Assembly (NCBI GenBank): GCA_012295275.1
Contig: CM022669.1
Coordinates: 9,362,001 to 9,426,000 of the forward strand
From: Chrysomallon squamiferum
Lineage: Eukaryota > Animalia > Mollusca
Direction: 5' to 3'
Length of the DNA stretch: 64,000 nt
Positions 28,934 through 44,329 of the stretch are shown one piece after another (the first letter of the stretch is position 1; each line of letters starts with the position of its first letter). Position numbers and translations under genes: made by a program. The notes below the pieces were generated by a model. The model was not told the DNA's origin. It did not search any database and saw nothing but the letters and a program-made list of their open reading frames with translations.

Positions 28934-29888
28934 TGCTCATTATTATTATTATTATTATGTTTTTACTGTTAGTGAAGAAATATTGCATGCGAGTTTTATA
29001 TATATATATATATATATATCTGTTTATTATATCAGCTAATCTTTCAAAGCTATTCGTGTGTTATAAATTTATTTAGTAAGATTATACTCTTTAAGAATAC
29101 ATTCAATATGTCGCACCTATACACAGTGATACGTATATATTCAGAAAGAGGCGTGTACAAAAAATAAAAAAAGTTTTATTGCAATAGCTCTACTGGTCTT
29201 TGAATATTGACACAAAGCATGCAAAGATTATCAATAAATAAATACAAGTACCCAATTATCTGTTTTGATATGACCAGAATAATTACATTAAAAAAAAACA
29301 TATAATTGCTAGTTCAAACTGTATTAATAATTTCATTTCATAATGCAAACGCTTTGAAACGGATAAAAACAAATTTAATAACTGAACGTTTATGTAAATC
29401 AATAAACTTAACATTCTAGTGTTATTTGAAATGTACATACGTGTCCGTCATTGTAGATAATTAACTACCACACACACACGTAATTGGTTTATTAAATGCT
29501 CGTCTGCACGTGATACCACTAGTCATGTTAATGGGCGTTAACACTGTTAAATCCCTCTGTAATTAAAGACTTTGAGCTTTACACTTCATTACCTGCATCA
29601 CTTTGAAGATTAGTCCCATACATTTTTTTCTTTTGTTTGAAATTCTATTCACTGTACTGCGTCGCGTAAACCAGGATAAATAACCCCAGTTTATTATTTA
29701 TTTTACAGAGTTTGTTATATCATATCAATTTATTTCACACTCAGATAAGTTATAATTCGAATAAACCACAACAAATAATTCTTTAATTAAAAAAAAAAAA
29801 ACTGGCTTGTATTTCATTTGGAAAGAAGAAGAAGAAGAAGAATAAGAAGAAGGGAGAAAAAAGAAACAGCCGCCATTTTTGCCCGCAC

Positions 29889-30163
29889 CTGTTGTGTAAA
29901 TTCCTCCTCGATCTGCAGCTCACCGCGCAGCTGACACGCACAGCTGAGGAACCAGTCGGCGACTGTACTGACAAGAGTTTTTTTGTTGGGTGGAGGATTT
30001 TGTTGAGAACGAGAGACGTATGAACTTCGACAAGCCATTACAGTCACTCAGCACTGACCCGCGTTTCGTCACAAAATGTCTTTAAAGAGTCTTTCAAATT
30101 CGAATCGCTCTCGAGGGCAAATATCGCTGTTTTCACGACAAATATTTGCCGACAGCGGAAAAC
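29889..30163 (-). other. Candidate upstream exon or alternative first exon of ZNF608/609
   Basis: CpG-rich island; donor CAG|gtgcgg at 29887-29888 followed by YY1-type AAAATGGCGG; possible acceptor tttacacag| at 30164-30165; ATG at 30038 open for 50 codons to the donor. Confidence 0.4.
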
Positions 30164-30257
30164 CTGTGTAAATACGTGAAGACTTGTGAGTCATTTTGCG
30201 ACGAGGTGTGGGAGAGCGCTCTCCCAAACACGTACAACGTCAGAGCATTTATGTATC

Positions 30258-30318
30258 TTTGTCAAACTTGACAAACACTTACAATTTCGTTTTACGTATC
30301 TTTGTCAAACTTGACAAA
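30258..30318. promoter_or_regulatory. Duplicated palindrome TTTGTCAA-AC-TTGACAAA
   Basis: Perfect 8-bp inverted arms with 2-nt spacer at 30258-30275 and 30301-30318. Confidence 0.4.
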
Positions 30319-30328
30319 CACGGGGATT

Positions 30329-30432
<104 letters not shown>

Positions 30433-30456
30433 GTATCTTCTATTTCTCTTTCTCTC

Positions 30457-30493
<37 letters not shown>

Positions 30494-31056
30494 GTCATGG
30501 TGTTTCGATTGTTCTTCAGTCGTCTCTGTGTACATTAGCTGAAATCAGTACGTGGCTGTGTTTTTACGAAACACTAACTATTCACCATTCGTGTAGAAAC
30601 CATGTGTTCTTTTCTTCTGTCTGATATCTTTTTCCTCTATCCACACACACACGCACACACACACTAACATATACATATACATATGTGTCTGTGTGTGTGT
30701 GTGTTTCTCCTAATTCCCTCCATTACAACGCATGCAGTACGTGACTATGCGTACATACAGACACTAAACACGTGTTTAGAAAACATTGGTTTGCTCTGGT
30801 GGACATGTTTATCTGTACACGTACTTCAGCTACACAACTAATCATGTGTCACATTATCGTTTGTACTGACCTACTGAAAGTAGTTTAGTGACTTGAAATC
30901 GCTCGAGTTGTTCAGAAATATAATCACATACATGCACACATATCTACAAAGGGAAAGGTTCAAGTAGAAGTACTGGTAAATAATTTAATAAACGTGTAAT
31001 GACTTGAGTTTCTGTTTGTTGTTTGTATATATCTGTTCAAATTTTGTTTTAAGTTG

Positions 31057-31088
<32 letters not shown>

Positions 31089-32922
31089 TTATTAATTAAT
31101 TTTCATTTAACATGTTGCTTTAATAAACACCAAGCTTGTTACTTTCATTCATTATTATTTTCTTTTTCTGTCTTATCACTGCCCTTAAAAAAACAAACAA
31201 TCTGACGTGAAAATTTTTGTCAACCTAAATTAACCTACAAAAATACTTTTCAAGTGGTGAAATGTTTACAACGTTACGATCTGACTACTACGATGCTGAC
31301 TGTATAGTCAAATATTTCACTTACGAAAGTTACAATCTCTCCCCCCCTCCCCACCGTTACGTTATCTGATGACGTGTCAGACAAACACCTCTCCTGTTAA
31401 ATCAACAACACTCATCTCGAGAGCTGTCACTATTAATATGTGCCAGAAGCAAGCCGAACAATACTCTATTACGTCATTCCATAATTACGTATGATCCGAA
31501 CAGTAAAGCCATATGTCTCTTTTGTGCAGTGTTGTCATAAATATTAATGTCAGAAGCAGTCATCCATGTCTGTAAGCCTTATTTTACAAATGCTGTTCCA
31601 CTTTGCTTTTTTACATAATTATGTTGACACTCATACACATGTACGTATTATAATATATTTGAGATACCTTGTGTATCAATGAAACAAGACGTCTGAATGC
31701 AATAAAATTCATTAATAAAATACACATACATAACATATATAAAAATAAAAGTCTTGCGGTTAATTAAAATATATAAATATTTAAACTGAATTTTAGAACT
31801 TAAGGCATATCAATTATATAAAACGTCAACTTATTTCTTACTGAAACATGTTCAGATATGAAATTCTGATTTTATGACAAGACTTATAAAACTGATCAGG
31901 CGATACAAATTATTAATATTTGTATCAGTGAATATACGCCGTTTAGAGTTAGTGTGAATATTACATGGAGTTAGTAGACACAAGCCATCCAGGACAATGT
32001 TTCTAGGATCAATAGCATTAATGTCTTTCTACGTAAAATAAATTAAAAAACATGTATATCTGTATAAATAAACTAAATAACAAAAAAAAATAAGCAAGAA
32101 ATATAAAGCAGATGGGGTAAAAAAGAGACGAAAAGTGAGTGCATTATTAATAATTATACAACAACCTACTTGAATACATGAATAATATAAATGCAGAATA
32201 TATTGCTATATAAAAAAAATATATATAAAATAATCACAACGAAAAAAAAGAAAAAAAAAAAAAAAAAAAAAAATTATTTATTTATTTATTTATCATTCCA
32301 CAGAAGCAGTTCCCAGACGTTACATTAAACCAACAATCACATTTCTTTTCTTTTCTTTCTTTGTTTTTTGTTTATTTTTTTTTTTTGTGACACGAACTGA
32401 ATGTTACCTCTCTTGCACATTTCCATAACGACACATTTGTTCGCGCCATTTTCTCGTCTGCGCCTCATTACGTTGCGCATGCAAGGTGAACTCGGGAGCG
32501 CGAGATACCCGAGAGTTACGTCTGCCACCGCTCTGACGAGATAGAACGTGATAAACAACCGCCTCGGGCGAAATGATTACGCCGTCAGATAGGCACGTGC
32601 AATCAATAATACTTTTAATGTACAGAGAAAATAAAATCAAGTCTTTTTAAACACTGCGACCCTCAGGAAAGAAGAAAAAAAAAACTAATCAATTTATCAC
32701 GGCTAGAGTATAAATAAAGAAAGAGAGCGAGAACGGGAAAGAAAAGAAACGGCAGGAACTATTTATTAGTAATGATTGTTGTATTGCTTTGCTTGTACTT
32801 TTGTGTTTTGTTTTCGTTTTTTTTTTTTATTTCTGTTTCTTTCTATTTTTCTTCAGTTCAAACTCACACTGAAACGCACAAAAGAAAACCACATAGTTAC
32901 ATACACACACACAAATAAACAT

Positions 32923-32983
<61 letters not shown>

Positions 32984-34183
32984 AAAATATGACACACACA
33001 CACACACATATAAACACATACATAAATACATACAATCACACACATACGTTTGTTCTCTACACATTACACTGATATTTTATTTCATTTTTATCACTTATTC
33101 ATAAAATAACAAATAGAAAAAAAAAAAAAACTGAATAAAATATCGCGAACAACATAAAGTACGGGTCTTAGCAAAAATGGCGACTATCAGTGAACTGAAA
33201 GAGTTAATCTTTCAAGCAGTTTTTATTTGTGACAGGAATTTCTCCGTGTCAGCAGGGAATGAGTCAAGAGCTGGGCTGTGTGCGTGTGAAACGGAAAAAC
33301 TGCTACCCGCCTAATCGGATCTTAACGGCTTTATATCACCACGAGAAACAGCCACCATAAGTGTGAGGCACTGTTTGGGCTTACCGAAACTCGTAATCAA
33401 AGGGTTACTCCAGAACGCACGCAGAACGCGACAACAATAGGTTTAACTACCGCAGAGCTAAAATAAATAAATAAAAAGGATGGATTTAATTAAAGGGGTG
33501 AATGTTAAAAGGGTGGATTTATGTGGAATGTGTGTTAGCGTTAGGTTTCCGAAATCTTTGACGTTAAGTGTCTGTGCGTTTTGTGTTTGTGTATAGCCGT
33601 GTGTGTGAATGTGTGTTTGGACAGGTAATATTGATGTGTGTGTATATGTTTATGTTTGTATAACGTAATTGTATGTTTGAGTATGTGTTTGTATATGTGC
33701 TTGTGAATGTGTGAGTGCGTATGTGTGTGTGTGTGTGCGTGTGTGTGTGTGTAGTTTAGAAACATATATTCATGCATGGAAACAACGCACACACACACAA
33801 ACACTCACGCACAAAATCCCAACATATTACATATTTTTATTTTAAAGAAAAAAAAAAAAAATTAAATACAGTTATTCTACTGTTGAGTACTGCCATAAAA
33901 TATTTAACAACAAAAATAATTGTGAACACAGAATGAAAGACAAAAGAAAAAAAGATTCAAGGAATGAAAACAAAACGAAAGAAATAGATACATATATACA
34001 CGTACAAAAATGAGACGTGAAAACCGCTGATTCGCTAAACCAAACATCAGAAACTACAAAAATAAGATTAACTCTGACAAGTGTGCTGTGCGAGGTCAAA
34101 GGTCATGTGTTCGTTGTTGAACAGTAAAGTGATATGATGTACGCCCATGTAAAACATCTGAAATAAATTAAAATACAATGTGT

Positions 34184-34185
<2 letters not shown>

Positions 34186-34251
<66 letters not shown>

Positions 34252-34307
34252 GAGAGAGAAAGAGAGAGACAGAGAGAGAGAGAGAGAGAGCGAGCGAGAG
34301 TTTAGTT

Positions 34308-34395
<88 letters not shown>

Positions 34396-34400
34396 GAGAG
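34186..34400. repeat. Compound (AG)n microsatellite
   Basis: Interrupted AG runs. Confidence 0.95.
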
Positions 34401-35544
34401 GGTATAGTTATAACAGAGACACAGACAGACACAGATACTCGGAGACAGGGTCGGTTTAAGAGATTTAGAAAACAAAAGAACACAGAAGAGTTTGGGGCCT
34501 CCATATGTTATCCCTGGATTGTGTTGCAGTTAATTTATTCTAGTTTTATTGTAAACCCAAGATGAATGTGTATCATTAACCTGTATAATTATAATTGTTA
34601 ACATTCTTATTTTTATTATTAAATAAATATATGATTGCGATAGTTATTATTGTTATTTTTATTATTAAATAAATATATGATTATGATTGGTGTATTTTTT
34701 TCCTTTTTTGGGGGTGGCTCCTTTTGGTGGCTCCTGGTTCAGCTGCAGCCTTTGCAGTTTTATCCCATATGGTCCGTTGTAAATCCGGCTACAGAAAATA
34801 TCTGTGTTACCCCCCCTTCCCCTTAATGCCCCGAGCACGTGCTTATTTTTTTTTTCTTAATGGTTAATCCAGTCCTTCCAGACAAAGAGACATGGCCTTT
34901 CGCCCATTAAAACCATCCGCACAAGAGTAGAACCCCCCACCCCCCTGCCTCGATTCGATCCCGTGGCGTCAAGAAACTGCAGTAAAACGAGACACGCCTG
35001 TCGAATCAGTAGGTAATGGTCATAGGTATAAACGCGACCCAGTCACCCGGATGACCTCATCACATGGTAGATTTATTGTGCTAGATGGTTTCTGCTGACA
35101 CCCTCTACTAATAAAAAGCAGGGCATGGCCCATTAATTGTTTTGGCAGAGCCTCGCACGGACCCCAACCTCCAGGAATGCGTTACTGATAACAGCGGTGA
35201 TAAAAATATTATGTTTATTGTTTAAAGATTGCAGGGGCACCATTGAGGTGACGCGTATTGTGGGCACTGCTGAGTATTGGAGATCGGTTGTCACCGAAAT
35301 GGCATCTGTGTAACAAGCTTTCTACCAGGAGTGTGTTGTTCTCGTTTCACGTACTTTTATGTAAAATGCTTTTCAGGTTTATACGATAATAATGGTTCAC
35401 TGTATTCATATAAACAGAGTCCAGCTATTCTGGTTTCATTTATTTTATTATCTGTATGAAAATAAACTGACGTGAAAACCTTTTATGTTTCACTATATAA
35501 AATAAATTTTTTTAAATACTTCTATTGAATTAGTTCTCTCTCTC

Positions 35545-35624
<80 letters not shown>

Positions 35625-35748
35625 ATTCTGCAAAGTCACTATGATGTTGTTTTTAAACCGACCAAGAAAAAAAAAATAATAATAAAAAAAAAATCGCAAA
35701 CAAGAAAAAAAAATCAAAAAAAAAAAAAAAAAAAAAAAAAAAAGATTG

Positions 35749-35784
<36 letters not shown>

Positions 35785-37798
35785 AAAAAAAAATGAAAGA
35801 AAAAAAAAAGAAAAACAACATAAAAAAAAAAGAAGTTTTGTACTGCACCGCCTGTCATTTATCAGGTAATCGCGAAAAATGTCGTCTGCGTTGGGTAAAC
35901 TGATTAAATTTCGCCATCAGCAGACGAGGCGAAGCACAAACAGCTGTTTCTTTAGTAAATTACTTTCCGACGGTCCGCTGCCTCTCTACAAAAGAATGTC
36001 GTCTGCCATGTTTGTTTCGGCCTGTGACACACCCAACCGTGTTGTTTAAATGGCTAATTGTTGCTGTGCAGCTCGAATGACGGGTTTGTTACTTGAACAA
36101 TCTGTCTCATTAACTCTTTGCTTTATCACCGTCGTCTGCTAGGATCGATTAAAAAAAAACAAGCGTGCATTGTCTGTCAACGTGGACAGTAGCGTCTCGT
36201 TATATGTTTTTGTTGTTTATGTTCATTACAGGGTAGAGATTTACGTTGGCTTTTGTGCATGCAGTGGGTTTTTTGAATTATATCTTGTTGGTGGTACAAG
36301 ATGAGGTTAATGAATTTGTCTGTCTGTCTGTGTGTCTGTGTGTGTGTGTGTGTGTGTGTTTCTGGACGTGTTGAATAATTTCCATTTCCACGCTGACTCA
36401 GCGATGCTGGGATTAGATGTTAATCTAACGTTGTCATCGACGTTGTCATCGTCCTAATGACAACCATTACTGTGACGTTGTTTATAATAATATTTACAGT
36501 TTCTGAATTTTGTGGCTGTTTGTGGTTATGTTTAGATTAGATGGAAAACTGAACAGTGGATTGGTGAATGTATGTCTTCCTTCCTGTAATATCTGACTAT
36601 TTATTTATTTATTTATTTATTATTGTTATAGTTACTGTTATTATTATTGTTGTTGTTGTTGTTTTATTTTTAAATTAATGCTATTTTACAAAGCTGAATA
36701 ACCATATCCTTCATATTACTTTAATTATTAACTAACGTGTTTCGTGAATCCAAATTCCCGTCTCAGTGTTGCTTCAAAATTAAGCCTTCGATATATTATA
36801 GTTGTAGTTATTGCATTCATTTGTCTGCTACCAGTCCCCTCTAAATGGCTGGTTGAAGAATAACATTTCTGTTGTCTGTGAAACTAATCCTGTATCATAC
36901 TAACAAATAATAGCTGAGATGAGCAGACATCTGACTGTACTGAATTATGTGACCACGGCAGGCGTGATTTAACCTTCACAGCACATTTGCAATGACAGAA
37001 GACCGGTGGACCCCTATCTTGACGTCAGCTCGTAGATTACAAGGCGGTTTCTATGGTATCTAAGTCGAGATTAAATCTTTCCCATGTTCCTCTCGCTCTC
37101 TGCTTTTCACCAGCAACATGTTACCAGGCTGCCTAGTCATTTGTATTCATCACGGGATGACCAGCGGTCACAGTCCAGGGGTCATCTTTTATCAGGGAAT
37201 CAAGCACACATTGGCAGTATCGATTATCTGCTTTAAAGAAGACATTGTCTGCTTTTGACAATATTTGCAAGATGTCACAGAGAGACAGCTCAGATTGCTC
37301 TCCTCTCCATAAACGAGTTTTGCGAATTTTATTGGCACAGCGAATGTAACTCAGAGTCGCGAAGCCCAAAGGACTCATGCCACTATCGATTTTGTTTCGA
37401 AAGGATCGATATAATGTTACTTTTAATTTCCCGTTCCAGTCATTTTTTTTATTATTTATTTTTTTTTGTTGTTCCTTTGCAAGAAATTATTCTGAGGTCA
37501 CATCATTCACGATTTCATTTTCCTGAATAATATATAACATATTTAAAAAAAACCCTTTTTTTTATATTTTGTATTATTTATTTATTTTTTAAATTCGCGA
37601 ATAATCGTTTTTACTTTCTTAGTAATTATTGTGTTCAAGTCAAATCATACTTTCCAGCACGCAGATTCTGATGATGATATATGTTTATGTATCCATCCAC
37701 CTGTTAGTGTCTTAAAGAGTTAGAGTTGTTTTCACACAGTACCAGAATGTTTGAACATTTCAGCTAGCAATTTGAAGATGGAAAAAGAAACAACGGTA

Positions 37799-37846
<48 letters not shown>

Positions 37847-38814
37847 CAATAATAACAACAATGAAAATAATGATTATAATGGAAAAACGTAAAAAATGTT
37901 TGAATAAAATACTATTAAAATAAAATAAAATAAATAAATAAGTAAGAGAAATGACTTTTAAAATCTGTGAAAACGTGATTTCAGCGGCGCATTGTGACAT
38001 ACAGTGTAGATTTATCGGAGGAATGAATCAAGGAGAATTGATCGCTAATACCTCAGAGGCCGTCAGTTAAGAGTAGGATCAATAGCTGTGTTGAACATCA
38101 AGTAATTCCCCTGCCATTAATCACCAGACCACGAAATTGATTTCAACCACTTAACAAGATTATTTGATTGAGTTTGATGTTATTTAATAGTCAAACAGTT
38201 CACGTAGGCTACACTGTGATTATTTTAATTTGCTCTAGAGTTCTGCTGAATGGAACTCACTTTATGAATAGTGTATGGACACAGAGTAAATTTAATGCTA
38301 TGCTACTTTCCAATTTTAACGTGTTTTTACTTTAAAACGAGTAGAACAACAGTAACAGAAATAAAAGTATATCGTTCTGTATTAAAAAAAAAAAAAAAAA
38401 AATAAGACAACGATAATAAACAAAAAGAAAAGCCAATCAGTGAAAATTAACCGTAACGAAAAATGAGCAAACAAAGAAAAAAATAAATTCAAAATAAAAT
38501 CCCATTCTAATTGCTTTTATGTTCACCTGTAATTGTATTAATATCATTACCGCTAGTGCTACTGTTACTACTTCTGCTACTGTCTGTACTACTGTATTAC
38601 TAATATTATTATTACTATTACTACTGATACTACTACAGCTACTACTGCAACTGTTTTTGCTCCTCCTGCTCCCCCTCCTCCTCCTGCTACTACTACTACT
38701 ACTACTACTACTAGTGCTACTACTATTATTATAAATATTACTAGTGTTGTTACTGCTCTATGTTTATTTTATTCTTCTTCATGTCATGAAAATGAAAGTA
38801 ATGAATGAACGAAT

Positions 38815-38883
<69 letters not shown>

Positions 38884-40646
38884 TTTAAATAAATAAAAGA
38901 AAACCGTTATATAAAATTGTCAAATTAATAACAAAAAGGCCTTGAGTGTTTATTATTATTTTTCTTTCTTTTCATTTTTTGTTCTTCTTTTTCCCATTTT
39001 CTTCCTTCTTTTTCTCTTTTCCCATTATTGTTATTTGTTTTCTCTTCTTCATTTTTACAAATCTAATTGCGGCGACCCCCTCCAATATTACCAAACTACA
39101 CATTCATTAACATACATCAGCTTGTATTTATTAGCTGGTTAAGAAAATTCCAGTCTCAATGGCGCGCTGTTGAATACGGCCGGATTTAAACACGATTGCA
39201 CCAAGAGAAAAGAAATGATTAATACATAAAAAAAAAAAAAATCTTTTTATTATTAGCTACACAATTCAAGACTTTCTATTTATAAATATCTTATCAAGAT
39301 TACTTTTATTTTCATTAGAAAAAATACAGCGAGACCAAAAAAAAAAGAAAAAAAAAAAAAAGAAAAAGAACGTTATGAGTGTTTTTGGTTGTTTTTTTTT
39401 TTTGTTTGTTTGTTTTCCGAATTAGCTTGTTAAAATTATCTCAGTATTAATGTCTCCATCATGGTCTCTGAGGTTTGCGACATTATTCAGCGAGTTAATT
39501 TAATTTATCTCGTTCTGGCGTCTAGTTGGCCTCGCTGTGAATGCTCAGATGTGATTAGCGGTGAACAGAGAAAGTCTGACAGGCCGGTGTGGTGCGTGGT
39601 AAATACTCTTCTCACCAATTCCTCGCTTCCCTCCATCAGACACTAACACGTCAGAGTATCAGTGCATGCCAGCCCGCTGTAATGCAGCGCAACAAGAACA
39701 GACACCAGTGTATTCTGAGTTAAAGCGCAACGCGCAAACATTGACTTCGGTTGACAGGTCTATAATTAACGTTTTTATTTATCATAGAATTTTCTTTTAT
39801 AAGTCTCTTTTTTTTTTTTTTTTTTTTATCAAACAATCTATATCTGCATGACTTTCTATTAAATTTATTTTAATAAAAAAAAAAATGAAAGAAGATGAAG
39901 AAGAAGAAGAAGAAAAAAATGGAAATCCAGTAATGACCATAAGAAAATTTATATTTTCCCTTATTTCAGTTTAAATTGTTTATTTCGTTTCTGAATTGAC
40001 AAATGTGACGTGAAAACTCATAATAAAAGCAAAAAACATTAAAAAAAAAAAAAAAAACCCCCCCCAACAAAAAAAAAAAAAACATGTCGCAAAAAAAAAA
40101 AAAATAAGGAGAATTTAATTTGCACTTTTCATTGTGTCTCATCAAAAGCGTGCACGTGACTAACATCCGGGTTAAATCAGCAGGCAAACTCATTTTTCCG
40201 TTTTTCGATTCACTTGGTTATTCGGAATTAGTCGTCTGCTACTTCTAGGCTTCGCCCAAATGATGCAGCCGAGAGGCAAATCTGATTATTCCGAAGTTGT
40301 TCATTTCTGACTGGTCACGTGAAGCGCTTGGCGCTAATGTCTGTGTCAAAGGTCAAGGGGAAGGCGATAGGGACGGACGGGGGAGCAAGATCGATATCTA
40401 ATTTTCTGATGCATGATACATAATAATGCTCGATTAACCATTCTCTCCATTAAAGCGCTGACGTTTTCATTAAATAATATGAATACAAACAACGGCTTTT
40501 AATTATTAAAAAAAGTCTGGCAGACAGAAAAATAGATCGATGTATGTGGCAGACAAACATATACATAAAACATACGAACACATACTCATTCAAACACGAA
40601 CACAATAAAACAGCCACGCACACAAATACAAACACACACACACACA

Positions 40647-40753
<107 letters not shown>

Positions 40754-41040
40754 ATTTTATTTATTTGCTTTGCTAACATCAGTTTTCTATTTCTTCACGA
40801 TCTCTGTCATTCCTTGTCGCTCTTTCATTGTAAATTGTTAGATCCATTTTAAAAATCGAAACCTCGTGTTACCATACTTCCTTAATCAAAGCGAATCATC
40901 GAGTTTATGAAAAGGGAAAAAATGGGTTACACACTTAGACCAATTTAAAACACCGCTGATAAATATTTCATCTTTGCTTGTGTACGGGAAGAAATCAATT
41001 TCCATTCTTCAGTGGGATTCTTGATCAATAAGAAGCTTAT

Positions 41041-41111
<71 letters not shown>

Positions 41112-41200
41112 GCACACACATTTATATACAGTATAATAGAACTGTGGAAAAAAGAAAAAAGTAAAGAAAAAAACAACAGCGATAAAAATTACTACAAAGC

Positions 41201-41259
<59 letters not shown>

Positions 41260-41294
41260 TAATAATAATAATAATGATGATGATAATAATAATG

Positions 41295-41340
<46 letters not shown>

Positions 41341-41380
41341 TAATAATAATGATGATGATGATGATGATGATAATAATAAT

Positions 41381-41412
<32 letters not shown>
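41201..41412. repeat. (AAT/GAT)n plus (AT)n compound microsatellite
   Basis: Directly visible. Confidence 0.95.
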
Positions 41413-41417
<5 letters not shown>

Positions 41418-44295
41418 GATAAAGAGAAACTACATTGATTTCTTCTTTGCAAAATACAAATTATCGCTTCATTTGAAAAACACGGCTGAAAACAAATCGA
41501 TGCACGCGCTGTTACAAATCGTGTCGATAACCGAACACGACACATACGTAAAAAAACAGAATCGAGCCATTTTCAACGATGCATTTGTCCAACGCTTTAA
41601 CCTCCATCTCGGCGCATGCGCGTCACGCAGCGTCATCGGAGAACAGTTAAAACGTATTTCTAAGTATCTTTTCTTCTTTAGACAGCAGCCAAAGCAGTTC
41701 GAGTGGCGCTGATCAATAATCAGTGGTTTAGAAAGTAGCGTCTACTTCATGAAATAAAGATGAGCCAATCAGAAGCGAAGTTTCCATGAGCTGCGTTCGA
41801 TTTCCTGCAGACAATAAACGTAAGATGATGACGATGATGATGGGAAATGGAAATAGAGGGTGGGGGAGAGTGACAGATGGAATCATATTAAGAGTTTGAA
41901 ATTTTTTTATTTATTTATTTGGAAGCGCTTTAATTAATGCCCATGCTTCCATGAATAAGCAGAATAAAATTTTTTTTGTTATTTTTTGTTTCTTTTCTTT
42001 CCTTTTTTCTTTCTTTCTTTCTTCCTTGCTTTTCCTTTTATATCTTTCAGTTCATTCATTCTTTCTTTTTATACTCTCTTTCGTTTTTTTTGGTCTTTTT
42101 CTTTTTTTTTTTTTCTAGTCTTTCTTTCTTTTTCTTCCTTCCTTCCTTCCTTCCTTTCTTTCTTTCTTTCTTTCTTTTATTATTTCTCTCTGTAACAACA
42201 TAAAAGGAAATGTACTTAGGTCCCCCAGCTGATGTGTGTGTCAGTGATATTGTTTCTAATCTAAAATACAGAGCCATAACTGAAACATCTGTTTATTTTA
42301 CACACACCAACAGTTACTCGAATTAACGTCGTTTCATCTCGAGCTGCTCTGACGTTTTGCAATAAACAGGAAAGATTTATGTTCACGTCTTTAAGGAAGT
42401 GATAAACACTGTGTAGATGTGTGCTTTGAACACCAGTCTAAATCACGTTACTAGCCAGGTCTGTTACCGGAGCAGCTAGGTCTGTTGGAAGAGGAAGTAA
42501 TATAATTTATATTATTTCCCGTTCCAACAGTTTATGGATCACAAGCCTTATATATATATATATATATATATATACACCGTTTTAAAAATTACACAAACAC
42601 GTATATAGAGACACAAACACGTATATAGAGACACACACACACACACACATACAAACATACACACACATATAAAACACGCACACATACAAGCACACACACA
42701 CACATACAATGCACACACACACACGCATATGGTAAAGGGCATATAAAACATGCCTAACTTCTGCAGTTCACAAACAGTAGATCATCATATACCAGTTTGT
42801 TTCCTCTTTTATAATCTTTCTTTTTTATTTTTATTTTCTTTTTTAAATAAAGCAACAGATATCTATCAACCATTAAAATTGAAACTAAATATATCATATT
42901 TATATATATATATATACACACACACACTTAAGAAAGATTTGTGATAAATCTGTTTTGAAGCACTTGTTTGAGAAATATGAAACAAATGTCTGGGTTCGCT
43001 CAGTGAATGTTAACAGTATTTCTAACATGGAATCTTCTGTAGTGGGTGTGTCGTTTGTTTTGCGATAAAATACCAGCAGCTCGAATTGTTTAGGGTTTTT
43101 GAACTTTAGATAGCACGAAATGCAAAACCTGAGTAACGAAGAAAACAAAGAAAATAGAAGAAGAAAAAGAAAAAAGAAAAAAGAAAAAAGAGAAACGAAA
43201 TACATAGAACTCACACACACACACAAAATATATATAACAAACCAACCAAAAACAAAGAACAAATAAACAGACAAACCAAAAACAAACAAACAAACAAACC
43301 AAATACAAACAAACAAAGAACAAACAAACAAACAAACAAACAAACACATAAATAAATAAATAAACCAACTGAAATATAAGCAAAAAAAAAAAAAAAAAAA
43401 AACGAAACAAAAAAAACCAACAACAGTATAAAGAAAACTGAAACCAAACTATTTATAATGTTGCCCTTTCTCTCTTTTTCTTTCTTTAACGACAACTTGT
43501 TTTCTGAACTCAGACATAAAAAGTTGACTCGACCTAGTTCGCTGAATGATTAGCCGTCAACGCCAGGTCCATAAAATTCGATACCCTCGGGCTACGTAGA
43601 CTGGCTCTGTGTCGAACGCGCGGAATAATTGTGATGGATTTGGTAGTAATGGCGACCCGGTGAACGAAGTTTGCCGAGGGCAGTCGAAGTGTTTTTAGAA
43701 ACCGCTTCGTCAATATTTTCTACTTGGTCGCAATTAGCTGTATAGCTCAGACGCGTAGATTAATTATGGAGTTTATTAAAAGGTCTGAAATGTCTCTCTG
43801 TTGTTTTTTTGTGTGTATTATATGGTGCTAGTGGCATCACGAAGTGTTATCAGGGTGTACAGTTAAATAAATGAGTAATTCAGCCATGTTCGGAATGTGG
43901 ATAATAAGGTAGATAATTAGTTGACTTAATGATTACAGAAGAAGAAGAAGAAGAAGAAGAAGAAGAAGAAGAAAAAACTATTGATTGCTAGAACTTGAAA
44001 ATGGAATAAACAATTTAAGATCTTTTCCATTCCTTTTTTTTTTTTTTTTTTTTTTTTTTATTTTTTCTGCTTTTGTCGTTTGCTTTTCTTTCTTTCTCCT
44101 TTTGTATTGCTTTTCTCTTTTGTGTTTTCTTTTCTTTCTTTTCTTCTAATCTGTGTAACAAACGAAGTTATTCTGAAGATAAAAATAAGTCTATAAACAG
44201 AAAAAAAAAAAAAAAAAAAAAAAGAAAGCTTAAAAAATATAACAGAATAACTTAGAGGAAAAAAAATTTCAAATAAAAATAATATGTACAAAAAA

Positions 44296-44329
<34 letters not shown>

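Noticed and set aside
34440-34970. Degenerate GGCCGGATTTA/TAAATCCGGC-type MITE ends and a B-box-like ATTCGATCCC
   Set aside because: Matches are short and degenerate; no paired TIRs, TSD, A-box or tRNA fold could be established.
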